Of a DNA stretch of 64,000 nucleotides, positions 10,156 through 24,323 are shown one piece after another (positions within the stretch are counted from its first letter, which is position 1; every line of letters starts with the position of its first letter). The position numbers were made by a program, and so were the translations under genes. The notes under the pieces are model-generated. The model searched no databases. It saw only the letters and a program-made list of their open reading frames with translations, and had not been told where the DNA came from. The stretch covers positions 76,684 to 140,683 of the forward strand of contig JANXAC010000001.1 of the NCBI GenBank assembly GCA_025061835.1, in the 5' to 3' direction. This DNA comes from Spirochaetota bacterium (lineage in GTDB: Bacteria > Spirochaetota > Brevinematia > DTOW01).

Positions 10156-11499
10156 ATGAACAGAGTTCTAGTAGTAGATGACGAGATAAACATAACCAAA
10201 ACAGTAAAAGAGGTTTTGGAAGATTATGGATTTCAAGTAATAACTCTCAACGATGAACGCAAAGTTATGAATATTCTCAACACCGAGGATATTGATGTAG
10301 TTATATTGGATCTACTGATGCCCTCAAGGAGTGGAATAGAAATTCTAAAGGACATAGTCAGTCAATTCCCTTTAACACCTGTTATAATAATATCTGGACA
10401 TGGAACAATCTCCGCAACAGTTGAGTGTATAAAGGTAGGTGCTTTTGACTTCATTGAGAAACCAATATCAATAGATAAACTTATCAGCACTGTGAGGAAT
10501 GCTGTAAGGTTCAGGGAACTTGAGGTAGAAAAGAGTTATTTATGGAAAGAGTATAAACTCATAGGTTCTTCAGAGCATACAAAGAAAATTCTTGAAACTA
10601 TTGACAGGATTAGTGACAATTCTTCAACGGTTTTAATAACTGGAGAAAATGGTGTTGGTAAAGAGGTTGTTGCTAGATTAATACATCATAAAAGTTCTAG
10701 AAATTCAGAACAGTTTGTAGCAATAAACTGTGCAGCAATTCCAGACTCGCTACTTGAGTCCGAATTATTCGGATATGAAAAAGGTGCTTTCACAGGTGCA
10801 ATATCTTCCAAAAAAGGGAAAATAGAACTCGCAGATAAAGGGACTCTCTTCCTTGACGAGATAGGTGACCTACCTCTACATCTACAACCTAAACTATTGA
10901 GAGTATTACAAGACAAGGTAATAAATAGACTAGGTAGTAATAAGGATATACCTGTTGATATTAGACTTATCTGCTCAACAAACAAAGACCTGAAGAGTAT
11001 GGTGCGTGAAGGTAAATTTAGAGAAGACTTGTTTTACAGAATAAATGTTATACCTATACACATACCACCACTCAGAGAAAGACAAGATGACATAATGGAT
11101 ATAGCCAACTACTATTTGAATGAATTTTCAAATAGTTACAGAAAGAAGATTACTTTTGATGAAAAAGTGATAGAAGTATTCAAAAACTATAGATGGCCAG
11201 GTAATGTAAGAGAATTGAGGAATATCGTTGAGAGACTAGTCATAGTAGCATCTGGAGATAGAATAACCTACCAAGACATTCTCAACTTTACTCCAGAATT
11301 ACTTGACAAAGACTTAACATCTGAATTTAGATTTTTCAACCTACCTTACAAGGATGCAAAGGAAAAGTTTGAGAGAATTTATTTCAATAAGATGCTAGAA
11401 AAGGCAAATGGAAGTATTTCAAAACTTTCAGAACTTACTGATCTTGACAGGACATATCTATATCGTAAGTTAGAGGCTCTCGGTATAAAAGTATTCTGA
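10156..11499 (+). CDS. sigma-54-dependent response regulator (NtrC family)
   Basis: Receiver domain (VLVVDDE...D at ILDLLMP), AAA+ Walker A GENGVGKE, the sigma-54 interaction signature GAFTGA, and a C-terminal HTH. Confidence 0.85.
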   Translation: MNRVLVVDDEINITKTVKEVLEDYGFQVITLNDERKVMNILNTEDIDVVILDLLMPSRSGIEILKDIVSQFPLTPVIIISGHGTISATVECIKVGAFDFIEKPISIDKLISTVRNAVRFRELEVEKSYLWKEYKLIGSSEHTKKILETIDRISDNSSTVLITGENGVGKEVVARLIHHKSSRNSEQFVAINCAAIPDSLLESELFGYEKGAFTGAISSKKGKIELADKGTLFLDEIGDLPLHLQPKLLRVLQDKVINRLGSNKDIPVDIRLICSTNKDLKSMVREGKFREDLFYRINVIPIHIPPLRERQDDIMDIANYYLNEFSNSYRKKITFDEKVIEVFKNYRWPGNVRELRNIVERLVIVASGDRITYQDILNFTPELLDKDLTSEFRFFNLPYKDAKEKFERIYFNKMLEKANGSISKLSELTDLDRTYLYRKLEALGIKVF

Positions 11500-11552
11500 T
11501 AGCCTTAAATTGAAATAGGACTACCGACCTCATTCATACTCATACTAGTCTT

Positions 11553-12245
11553 ATGAACTTTGAAATTTTGAACTTAACATTTTCTGCTAGGAGTATTGAC
11601 GAATGTAAAAGGGTTCAGTTAATTATCAAGGATCTTGTTGAAGAAAGGGAACTTGATCTTTCAAAAGTTAGAACTATTGGTGGAGTTGATGTAAGTTATT
11701 GTGGTGATTATGGGATAGGAGTTTTAGTAGTAGCAGATGCTACTAACAACTTCAACATTATTGAACAAGTTGTTAGTAGAAGTAGAATAAGTTTTCCATA
11801 TATTCCTGGTTTTCTTGCGTTCAGGGAGATACCAGTAATAATTGACACTCTAAATCTTGTAAAAGACCTACCTGACATAATAATAGTTGATGGACAAGGT
11901 ATTGCTCATCCTAGAAGGGCTGGTATAGCGACTCATCTAGGAACTATAATTCAGAAACCAACAATAGGTTGTGCTAAATCACTTCTTTATGGGCAATATG
12001 TCGATATTCCTAACATCAAAGGATACGAAGGAAATATAATTGATCCTCTTACAAAGGAGATCATAGGTAAAGTTATAAGAACGAAAGTATCATCAAGACC
12101 AGTCTTTGTATCAGTTGGTAACTACATCAGCCTAAGGCAGTCAGTTGATATTGTTAAAAATTTATCTGATATTGGGAATAATAGGCTACCCCTAGTAACA
12201 TTCCTAGCAGATAAAATTTCAAAATCTGAGAGAAAGAAGCTTTAA
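11553..12245 (+). CDS. nfi: endonuclease V
   Basis: Matches E. coli Nfi over the catalytic core: GGVDVSY, YIPGFLAFRE, VDGQGIAHPRRAGIATHLG, PTIGCAK. Confidence 0.85.
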   Translation: MNFEILNLTFSARSIDECKRVQLIIKDLVEERELDLSKVRTIGGVDVSYCGDYGIGVLVVADATNNFNIIEQVVSRSRISFPYIPGFLAFREIPVIIDTLNLVKDLPDIIIVDGQGIAHPRRAGIATHLGTIIQKPTIGCAKSLLYGQYVDIPNIKGYEGNIIDPLTKEIIGKVIRTKVSSRPVFVSVGNYISLRQSVDIVKNLSDIGNNRLPLVTFLADKISKSERKKL

Positions 12246-13066
12246 TTATCAATTATTATTCCGACTTTACCATTGTAGAATACTTCATAGTTCTCCTCAA
12301 GAGATAGAATTTTTTCGGCAACATTATCTTCAATGACTATGTCCGTCAGATTTTCTCCTTGTATTGCTACAGGGAAAGCATAAAGCACCCTATCACCAAA
12401 GATACCTGTTTTCAGGGCATCTTCAAGAGACCTAAAGAAGTTTATGTATCTACCTTTACCTTTATAGTCAGCATAAGAATATATGATCTTTCCAGACTTT
12501 GATAAGATTTTGACAGAAAGAGATATATTGAATTTATGTTTCTTGGTTGATATTATTAAACCTGTGTATTCTTTAGGTTCTGTTAAATTTACAAATTCCT
12601 TGTATTCTCTTGGCAGAAATGCTAATTTCATAATATCAAAAATACCATTATCTGCGAATATATCTATACTATACCTTGCTAGAACTCTTCCACCAAAATA
12701 CCTAAAGTTTTGAACATTTATCTTCTCTAGGAAGGAGATAATATTCTCTCTTTTCTCTGGGAATGCTGAAAGTATATCCTCAACCATTCTGTTTTCATCA
12801 AATATTATTCTTTTCCGCAATATATCAAAGGCCTCTGAAACTAGTTTTCGTTTCACACTGTAATTCAGTTGGAGTATATCTTGATGGAACGATTTTCCAA
12901 CAAGTGGTAGTTCACTAGATGAGTATTCAATCACGAGAAGTCCTTTAGTCCAGTTTACATAAGAATTTGATGATAGTGTCACTATTACATCAGCACTAGA
13001 ATTTACTGAAAAAATAAGTAGAATAGCAAAAAAACTGAGAAATTTTATAGAAGATATTCTCTTCAT
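12242..13066 (-). CDS. hypothetical secreted protein
   Basis: 274 aa with a signal peptide (MKRISSIKFLSFFAILLIFSVNSSA). No recognisable domain. Confidence 0.4.
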   Translation of the reverse strand: MKRISSIKFLSFFAILLIFSVNSSADVIVTLSSNSYVNWTKGLLVIEYSSSELPLVGKSFHQDILQLNYSVKRKLVSEAFDILRKRIIFDENRMVEDILSAFPEKRENIISFLEKINVQNFRYFGGRVLARYSIDIFADNGIFDIMKLAFLPREYKEFVNLTEPKEYTGLIISTKKHKFNISLSVKILSKSGKIIYSYADYKGKGRYINFFRSLEDALKTGIFGDRVLYAFPVAIQGENLTDIVIEDNVAEKILSLEENYEVFYNGKVGIIIDN

Positions 13067-13160
13067 CTTTAGAATGTTCGGAATTTGAAGTTAGATTTAT
13101 AGGGTATATTCCAAAAGCAGATAAGAAATTCTAAAAAATACTATATAATAATTAATAAAG

Positions 13161-13278
13161 GTCTGGCGAGTACCTACTTTCCCACCCCGTTGCCAGGGCA
13201 GTATCATCGGCGGTGTGGAGCTTAACTTCCGGGTTCGGAATGGGACCGGGTGTTTCCTCCACCCTATTCCCACCAGAC
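13161..13278 (-). rRNA. rrf: 5S ribosomal RNA
   Basis: Reverse complement reads GTCTGGTGGG...CCGAACCCGGAAGTTAAGC...AGTAGGTACTCGCCAGAC, the canonical 5S helix I/loop motifs. Confidence 0.85.
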
Positions 13279-13351
13279 AATAAAACACTCCATCTATACT
13301 AAAGTCGTATAGATAGAGAATTGTTTAATATATTAATTTATATTAACTTTG

Positions 13352-16352
<3,001 letters not shown>

Positions 16353-16400
16353 TAAACCAAAGATTATTTTCTAGAGCAACTTCTTCGCTTATAGCCCAGG

Positions 16401-16472
16401 TGGAGGTGAGGGGAATTGAACCCCTGACCTTCTCGGTGCAAGCGAGACGCTCTCCCTCTGAGCTACACCCCC
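16401..16472 (-). tRNA. tRNA-Ala (anticodon UGC)
   Basis: Reverse complement GGGGGTGTAGCTCAG...CTTGCAC...TTCAATTCCCCTCACCTCCA, with the G3-U70 alanine identity pair. Located in the 16S-23S spacer. Confidence 0.85.
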
Positions 16473-16486
16473 ACATCATTACGATG

Positions 16487-16560
16487 TGGGCCCAAGTGGA
16501 CTCGAACCACTGACCTCACGCTTATCAGGCGTGTGCTCTAACCACCTGAGCTATAGGCCC
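16487..16560 (-). tRNA. tRNA-Ile (anticodon GAU)
   Basis: Reverse complement GGGCCTATAGCTCAGGTGGTTAGAGC...CCTGATAAGCG...GGTTCGAGTCCACTTGGGCCCA. Located in the 16S-23S spacer. Confidence 0.85.
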
Positions 16561-16617
16561 AAATAGATACAGATAAAGTAAGACGATACATATCTGCCGG
16601 GTTTAATAAGATCACCT

Positions 16618-18118
<1,501 letters not shown>

Positions 18119-18278
18119 GAATTTATACTCTAATTATGTTTTCCGCACACAACCCGGCAGATACATATAGCCTTACTACTATCTACTAGAGCAACTACCA
18201 TCCTTATAGGTAAATTTAATTATAACACATCCAAAACATACTTTCAACTAAAATTCAACTCATTTTTAGGTAAAAAAA

Positions 18279-18308
18279 ATTATAATAATAAAACACACCA
18301 AAAGTCAA
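18279..18308 (-). promoter_or_regulatory. candidate rRNA operon promoter
   Basis: On the minus strand: TTGACT, 18-nt spacer, TATAAT, about 150 nt upstream of the mature 16S 5' end. An inverted copy of AACCCGGCAGATA lies about 35 nt outside each end of the 16S (18150 and 16590), the RNase III-type processing stem. Confidence 0.4.
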
Positions 18309-18582
18309 TCTTAATTCACTGAAGTTTGGTTAAGAGTTCGGCATTTTTTGTTGAGGAGTACTCTGAATACACCATTTTCATAATTTACCCAAGCAATTCT
18401 CAATCCTCTCTGTAGAAAGTTTTTGATAAAGTGATTTGTGGTTTTTCGTTAGTAATATTTTATTTTTTACCTTTATTTTACGATATAAGAGAGTATTTTT
18501 ACATTAAGCTATTACCAAACTACTCCACAGAACCTCAGACTAATTAAATTGAATTCTATCATTGATTTTTTTAGAATAATAA

Positions 18583-18918
18583 ATGTTTATGAAATCTCAG
18601 AAGATAGGAGACATACTAGTCATAACCCTAGAAGGAGTGATAAATGTTCAGTCTTCATTAGATCTTGAAGTCCAGTTAAACCTCCTCTTCAATGAGAAAA
18701 GTGCAAAAAAAGTAATATTAGACTTTTCAAATGTCCAGCACATATCTAGTAGTGGCCTAAGAGTTATTGTTAGTTTCTACAAAAGAGTTGTATCAAATGA
18801 TGGGAAATTTGCAATAACATGTTTGAACAACAATATAAAAAAGATTTTCAAAATAGTTGAATTGGACACTGTTTTTGATATCTACGACTCTGTTGATGAG
18901 GCATTATCAAAAATCTAG
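18583..18918 (+). CDS. STAS-domain anti-sigma-factor antagonist (SpoIIAA/RsbV-like)
   Basis: 111 aa with the DFSNVQHISSSGLRV signature (DxSxVxxIDSSGL, the phosphorylatable-serine region). Confidence 0.75.
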   Translation: MFMKSQKIGDILVITLEGVINVQSSLDLEVQLNLLFNEKSAKKVILDFSNVQHISSSGLRVIVSFYKRVVSNDGKFAITCLNNNIKKIFKIVELDTVFDIYDSVDEALSKI

Positions 18919-18919
18919 C

Positions 18920-19966
18920 ATGGTATTCTATACACAAGAGGAGTTTAACATGACTATATTAGAAGTAGGTAATAGAAAGATTACTTCCGATGAGTTTATA
19001 AACACAATGTTTGCACTCCTTTTAGGTCACTCAATATTGGATAATGATATCAACACTAAACTACAAAAGGATGAGATAGAAAAGTTTTCCAAAATTATAT
19101 TTGACTTAACGCTTGAAGATTTAATAACTAGAAATACGATAATTGAATTTTTATCATTCAACAACAAAACAGTTGAGAGCAATTCGTTTGGAGAGCTAGA
19201 TGGAACTTCTCTTAAACAGATGATTACATCAAAACTGGAGTTAATTGGAGGAGTTGAGTTTTCAGATCATCTATCTTCCGATATACTCACAAAGATTATG
19301 AACCAGAACGATACAATATTTAGATACATAGAAAATGAACTAGAACGTTCGGGAACTACCAGTTATGAAAATATCCAAAGATACTACAATTACACTTTCA
19401 AAGGATTTCTGATACTTTCAATATTATTCGCTTCATTACCCAAATTGACACCCAAAAAGGATAAAGATGAACTTGTGAAAAAGATGATGGAAAATGATCC
19501 CAGTGATGTTGAGAAGTTTTACTTAAATGACCCACAGAAAATAGTTTATTACTATGAGAATGTAAACGTATTTAACTACTTCACAAGTAGTGAAGATTTT
19601 GAGAGCTTCAAGATGTATAGGCTCTATGATATATTGGCCGGATTTGGTATCGACCCCGACAATATGGTTCTAGATGAAGATGTCAAAGGGAAACTTATAG
19701 AGATACCAACAGAAAGTAGAGAAAACTTCTACAAATTTACAGAAATTGAATATGAAAAACCTACTTTCAACGATAGTATATATGAATATATGAAGGAAGA
19801 AGTTGTTAAAAACCTTTACGATGAAGCATTTGACAAAATATATGACAGTATATCTGAAAGTGTGAAAATTAAGTATTACGAGGATGAACTAAAAAAACTT
19901 GAGAGGATGATAAGACCTATCTCAAGAAAATGGTTTGAGAATATACATAGAATCTATGATTTTTAA
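18920..19966 (+). CDS. hypothetical protein (acidic, cytoplasmic)
   Basis: ATG 1 nt after the STAS stop codon. The ORF track's 18857 start overlaps the STAS gene; the internal Met (MVFYTQEEF) is the more likely start. No recognisable domain. Confidence 0.4.
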   Translation: MVFYTQEEFNMTILEVGNRKITSDEFINTMFALLLGHSILDNDINTKLQKDEIEKFSKIIFDLTLEDLITRNTIIEFLSFNNKTVESNSFGELDGTSLKQMITSKLELIGGVEFSDHLSSDILTKIMNQNDTIFRYIENELERSGTTSYENIQRYYNYTFKGFLILSILFASLPKLTPKKDKDELVKKMMENDPSDVEKFYLNDPQKIVYYYENVNVFNYFTSSEDFESFKMYRLYDILAGFGIDPDNMVLDEDVKGKLIEIPTESRENFYKFTEIEYEKPTFNDSIYEYMKEEVVKNLYDEAFDKIYDSISESVKIKYYEDELKKLERMIRPISRKWFENIHRIYDF

Positions 19967-19976
19967 AACAACAGTT

Positions 19977-20918
19977 TTAAACAGATGAAGTTTGGCCATT
20001 TTTATCTCTTACAACTAGTGATAGAATTACGGATACTGTCAGTATTGATACTATTATACCAAATGATAGTAGTGAGTCTATGTGTAAGTGAAAGATTTCT
20101 TTTACTATCATCTTGACACCAATATAAGCAAGTATAACAGACAAACCGTATTTTAAGAACCTGAATAATTTCATTATCCCTGCCAATGCAAAATACATAG
20201 ACCTTAGTCCCATCACAGCATATATGTTTGAAGTATATACTACTAACAAGTTGGTTGATATTCCCAAAACAGCAGGGACCGAATCAATAGCGAACATAAC
20301 ATCAGTTGCCTCAACTAGGATAAGACACAGGAAAAGAGGAGTAGCCCACAATCTTCCGTCTATTTTAGTAAAAAATTTTCCATTAACATAGTCTGGAGTT
20401 ATCCTAAAGACTCTTTTTGCTAACCTATACACAAGTCTCTTCTCAATTTTTCCACTATCCTCCTCTTTTTTAACGAGTAACATAATTGCCGTGTATATCA
20501 AAAGTGCTCCAAATATTATGAAGAGCCATGAAAACTGCTTGACCAAAGCAACACCGAGGACTATAAATATGCCCCTAAATACTATTGCACCAATAACTCC
20601 CCAAAATAATACTTTATGTTGATACTCCTTAGGAACTCTAAAAAATGTGAATATTACAAGAAACACAAACAAATTATCAACACTCAGTGATAATTCAACA
20701 AGATACGCTGTTATGTATTGAACCCCTAAATCTCGTCCTTCAAAACCAAAAATCAGTATAGAGTATAGTAGTGCTGTTGTTATCCAAACTCCTGAAAGTA
20801 TTAATGCTTTCTTAAGCGTTACCTCTTGAGGAGTTCTAAAAAAGACAAACAGATCTAGAAATAATATAGTAAAGAAACTAAACCAAAAAACCAACCACAA
20901 AACTATGTCAATACTCAT
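19977..20918 (-). CDS. TerC-family integral membrane protein
   Basis: Polytopic membrane protein with TerC signatures (LSVDNLFVFLVIF, AIDSVPAVLGIS). Confidence 0.75.
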   Translation of the reverse strand: MSIDIVLWLVFWFSFFTILFLDLFVFFRTPQEVTLKKALILSGVWITTALLYSILIFGFEGRDLGVQYITAYLVELSLSVDNLFVFLVIFTFFRVPKEYQHKVLFWGVIGAIVFRGIFIVLGVALVKQFSWLFIIFGALLIYTAIMLLVKKEEDSGKIEKRLVYRLAKRVFRITPDYVNGKFFTKIDGRLWATPLFLCLILVEATDVMFAIDSVPAVLGISTNLLVVYTSNIYAVMGLRSMYFALAGIMKLFRFLKYGLSVILAYIGVKMIVKEIFHLHIDSLLSFGIIVSILTVSVILSLVVRDKNGQTSSV

Positions 20919-22225
20919 TTTTCCTCCTTTGAAAGTTTGAAAATTATAATATTGTGTTGCTTTACAACCTCAACTTTAATCCCTAAAATATCACACAGAG
21001 ACTTTACTATATAGAGCCCCAGTCCACTACCACGTAGCCCCTTGCTATTACTGGCTCTATAAAACTTATCAAATATTTTGTCTAACTCATCGTCACTTAA
21101 GTCACTAGATACATTTGATATAGAAATTTCAAAACCTTTCTCACTTCTAACTTGTATTCTAACCTCCTCACCACTAGGAGAGAATTTAAAAGCGTTGTCT
21201 GTGATATTGAAAAGAATAAGTCTAATTTTCTCCCTATCCTCAAATATCTCTTCCTTACCTTCATATATGGTATTTACTTTAATATTCTTACTTTGATATG
21301 AAGGAACAAGATTGTCAAGAACAGAAGATATGATCTCTTTAAGTGAAAACCACTCCCTATTTATTGATATTTTCTTTGAATGTATATTTGATAGACTCAT
21401 TATATTTGATATAGTGTTTGAAATTCTTGAGATGTTTGAGAGTGCTATACTGACAACCTCTTCGGAAAACGCTCTAGATAGTAGTATGTTTTCCAGAGCC
21501 AGTGATAGATTAGTTATTGGTGTGTTCAGTTCATGCGATATTATGCTTAAGGTTAGTTCGGTGATACTTTCCATATTCTTTTGTTCAGATATGTCAACAA
21601 AATAAATTATTGTCAAATTTCCAGAACTTTTTTGACAGATCCTTATCTTTCTAGACTGTCCTTCAAGCATAATTTCTGTCTCATAGGTTTTGCTGTCCTT
21701 GAAGCCGGATATTTTAAAACTCGTCAGCGGCAAAATTGAAAAGAGTTTTTTACCTATATAACCTTGGGTTAGTTTGAAGAACCTCCGAACAAAGTCGTTG
21801 TAGAACACTATATCTCTCTCTTTGTTAAGTATTATGATACCTATACTATCAATCAGATTTATTACTTTGAGAATATTTTTTTTCATATCCTCTATCTGTC
21901 TACTCTTTCTTATAAGCATTGAGATATTTTTGACTACAAAACTAGGAAATTCCTGAAACGAGGAGAGAGGATAGTATTCCACATTGTTTTTCTTTACGAA
22001 TTCCTCTGCAACATAAATTCCAACTACTATCCTGACAAATATTACGGTGATATAGACAGATAGAACTAACATTAGGATGCTTTCTACGACAAAGATAACA
22101 CTAAGGTAAATCAAATTAATTATCAACTGTGCTACAAATATAACAATGATGGGCAACAGTATGAGTGTTATAATTTTTACTTTCTTATCTGATCGTTGAA
22201 ATATGCTAATTAAGTTTTTAATCAT
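20915..22225 (-). CDS. membrane sensor histidine kinase
   Basis: Two N-terminal transmembrane helices, an H-box (LSIISHELNTPITNL), and HATPase_c N/G boxes (DNAFKFS, GSGLGLYIVKSL). Overlaps its neighbours by 8 nt upstream and 4 nt downstream. Confidence 0.8.
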   Translation of the reverse strand: MIKNLISIFQRSDKKVKIITLILLPIIVIFVAQLIINLIYLSVIFVVESILMLVLSVYITVIFVRIVVGIYVAEEFVKKNNVEYYPLSSFQEFPSFVVKNISMLIRKSRQIEDMKKNILKVINLIDSIGIIILNKERDIVFYNDFVRRFFKLTQGYIGKKLFSILPLTSFKISGFKDSKTYETEIMLEGQSRKIRICQKSSGNLTIIYFVDISEQKNMESITELTLSIISHELNTPITNLSLALENILLSRAFSEEVVSIALSNISRISNTISNIMSLSNIHSKKISINREWFSLKEIISSVLDNLVPSYQSKNIKVNTIYEGKEEIFEDREKIRLILFNITDNAFKFSPSGEEVRIQVRSEKGFEISISNVSSDLSDDELDKIFDKFYRASNSKGLRGSGLGLYIVKSLCDILGIKVEVVKQHNIIIFKLSKEEK

Positions 22226-22643
22226 TAGGTGTTATTTCAATTATCACTTTCCCGTAATCAACTATATCTCCATCTTTGACTAATATGTTGCTGACTTTAC
22301 CACTTACTGGTGAGGTTATCTCATTCAATACACCGAGAACTTCTATATTACACAATATATCTCCTTTTGACACATTTTTACCTACAGAAGATATTGAATT
22401 ACCTTTCTTATCATTGAGCCTAAATATACCAACGAATGGAGATTTAACTTCTACTTTGGGTAGAGCCTCATCCTGTTCTTGTTGTTCCTCAACTTCGTAA
22501 TGCACAACAGGTTGTTGATACTCAACTATTTCTGAACCATCAGAGAACTTAAGTGTTATCTTTACATCTTTGGTCTTTAAATAGAGTTCTTTTATACCTG
22601 ATGACTTGGCTATTTCTACTATATTCTTTACCTCTTTTATCAT
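22218..22643 (-). CDS. BCCP-like biotinyl-domain protein lacking the biotinylatable lysine
   Basis: Collinear with AccB. The N-terminus IKELYLKTKDVKITLKF resembles the BCCP N-terminal segment. The C-terminal biotinyl fold GDILCNIEVLGVLNEITSPVSGKV aligns with [24 protein letters not shown], so the EAMKM motif reads EVLGV (Lys replaced by Gly). Confidence 0.6.
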   Translation of the reverse strand: MIKEVKNIVEIAKSSGIKELYLKTKDVKITLKFSDGSEIVEYQQPVVHYEVEEQQEQDEALPKVEVKSPFVGIFRLNDKKGNSISSVGKNVSKGDILCNIEVLGVLNEITSPVSGKVSNILVKDGDIVDYGKVIIEITPND

Positions 22644-22662
22644 ACTATCCCTCCTTTTAAGA

Positions 22663-23829
22663 TTAGTTTCTAACTATTTCTATAAGTTTCTTACCTATGT
22701 ATGTGTTGTCAAAGATACCAACAAATTGATCGCTACCAGGACCGTAAGAGAAAACAGGAACTAATTCCGCTGTATGATCTTTTGATACAAACCTTATGGT
22801 TGTTGATTTCCCAACAACACCTCCTATTATTCCAACACCACCTGTTTCATGGTCTGATGTAACTATCACGAGTGTATCTTGGTTTGTAATAGCAAAATCA
22901 AGGACTATCCCCACAGTATCATCAAAATCTTTCATCTCTGCAACGATACCTTTTGCGTTGTTGGCATGTGCCTCCCAGTCTATTTGAGAACCTTCAATCA
23001 TAAGGACAAATCCTTTCTGACTCTTTGAAAGGATTTCAAGAGACTTTTTTGTCATCTCCGAAAGAGATACTCTCCTATTACCGCTCACAACAGATGGTAA
23101 GTGCATAGGTTCTAGCAGTGCCAGAAGTTTTTCAAAACCTTTCGTATTATGCTTACTAAAGTCATCGTAATTCGTTATTATGTTATACCCTAATGACCTC
23201 ATAGTATCCAACAAATTCAATTGAACCTTTGGTTCAGTTTTTGTCTCCTCTTGATATCCTTCCTGCGTTGCTGAATGTGTCGTACTTGGAACGAAGAAGG
23301 ATAATCCTCCACCTATAAAGACATCAATCGTCTGATTTGTTGCGAATGTTGCTATCTCCGCTTCGTTACCCCTTGAGCTTACATGCGAATAGAAAACCGC
23401 AGGTGTTGCGTGAGTTATGCTACAAGTTACTACTATACCTGTGTTTTTACCTTTTGTTTTAGCAACTTCCATAACAGTTGGAACAACTGTTCCGTCCGGT
23501 AAGACAGAGATATAGCCATTTTTCGTTTTAAACCCGGTTGCTAGTGCTGTTCCACCCGCACCAGAGTCTGTTATAAGAGATCCATCTGCATGAGTAGTCA
23601 TAAGACCTACGTTCTTGAACCTTGAGATGTTAGCGTTTGTGTTAACAAGATAGTATGCTGATATAGCACCTATTCCCATCCCATCTCCAATCATTATTAT
23701 GATATTTTTAGGTATAGGTTCTTTTTGTGTTTCTTTCTTTTGCGTTTTAGGGTATGATGGTTCAAAAAATAGAACGATAAACAAAACAGAAATTACTATT
23801 TTTGGAAAAGTTTTAGAGTATATCATCAT
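22663..23829 (-). CDS. alkaline phosphatase (PhoA family), secreted
   Basis: Signal peptide, then motifs IGDGMG, ITDSGAGGTALATG, TTHATPA and the DHxxG region (TSDHETGGV). Confidence 0.8.
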   Translation of the reverse strand: MMIYSKTFPKIVISVLFIVLFFEPSYPKTQKKETQKEPIPKNIIIMIGDGMGIGAISAYYLVNTNANISRFKNVGLMTTHADGSLITDSGAGGTALATGFKTKNGYISVLPDGTVVPTVMEVAKTKGKNTGIVVTCSITHATPAVFYSHVSSRGNEAEIATFATNQTIDVFIGGGLSFFVPSTTHSATQEGYQEETKTEPKVQLNLLDTMRSLGYNIITNYDDFSKHNTKGFEKLLALLEPMHLPSVVSGNRRVSLSEMTKKSLEILSKSQKGFVLMIEGSQIDWEAHANNAKGIVAEMKDFDDTVGIVLDFAITNQDTLVIVTSDHETGGVGIIGGVVGKSTTIRFVSKDHTAELVPVFSYGPGSDQFVGIFDNTYIGKKLIEIVRN

Positions 23830-23864
23830 AACATTTTTTGAAAAACATTCCCATCATAGTATAT

Positions 23865-23938
23865 TTGCGGGAGTTGGATTTGAACCAACGACCTCTGGGT
23901 TATGAGCCCAGCGAGCTACCGGACTGCTCTATCCCGCG
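23865..23938 (-). tRNA. initiator tRNA-fMet (anticodon CAU)
   Basis: Reverse complement CGCGGGATAGAGCAGTCCGGTAGCTCGCTGGGCTCATAACCCAGAGGTCGTTGGTTCAAATCCAACTCCCGCA. Shows the C1xA72 mismatch and three consecutive G-C pairs in the anticodon stem, both initiator hallmarks. Confidence 0.8.
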
Positions 23939-24323
23939 CTACAATTACAATTATATTAGAAAAAAGAACTCGTTTCAAATTAAATTGAGTGTGTTCAAAA
24001 GTATTTTTACAACAGTACTAAATAAGGTAAGAAGAGTAGTTAATCCACGATAACATAACAAAATAATGCTTTCTAGAGATCGCGAATGATACTTATAAGA
24101 TTTAGTATTCTAAGGAAATAAAGCAAACAATTGTTGGTAATTACCGGCAAACGGAGGTGAAATGGAGAGAAACGCTATCCTTTTGTACTAAAGTCTACAG
24201 AAGAACTTAAAGAACAATATAGCAATCATAACCTACATGAATTTGTACTAATTGAAATCTTTTAGTGTGTTAGCAGTAAATAATCTTTTATAATCTAGTA
24301 TCTAAAGACTGGGAGGGGAACAA

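Noticed and set aside
24138-24147. Perfect 10-bp palindrome GGTAATTACC about 180 bp upstream of smc.
   Set aside because: It is short and there is no second copy. It is plausible by chance in AT-rich DNA. It is noted only as a possible operator.
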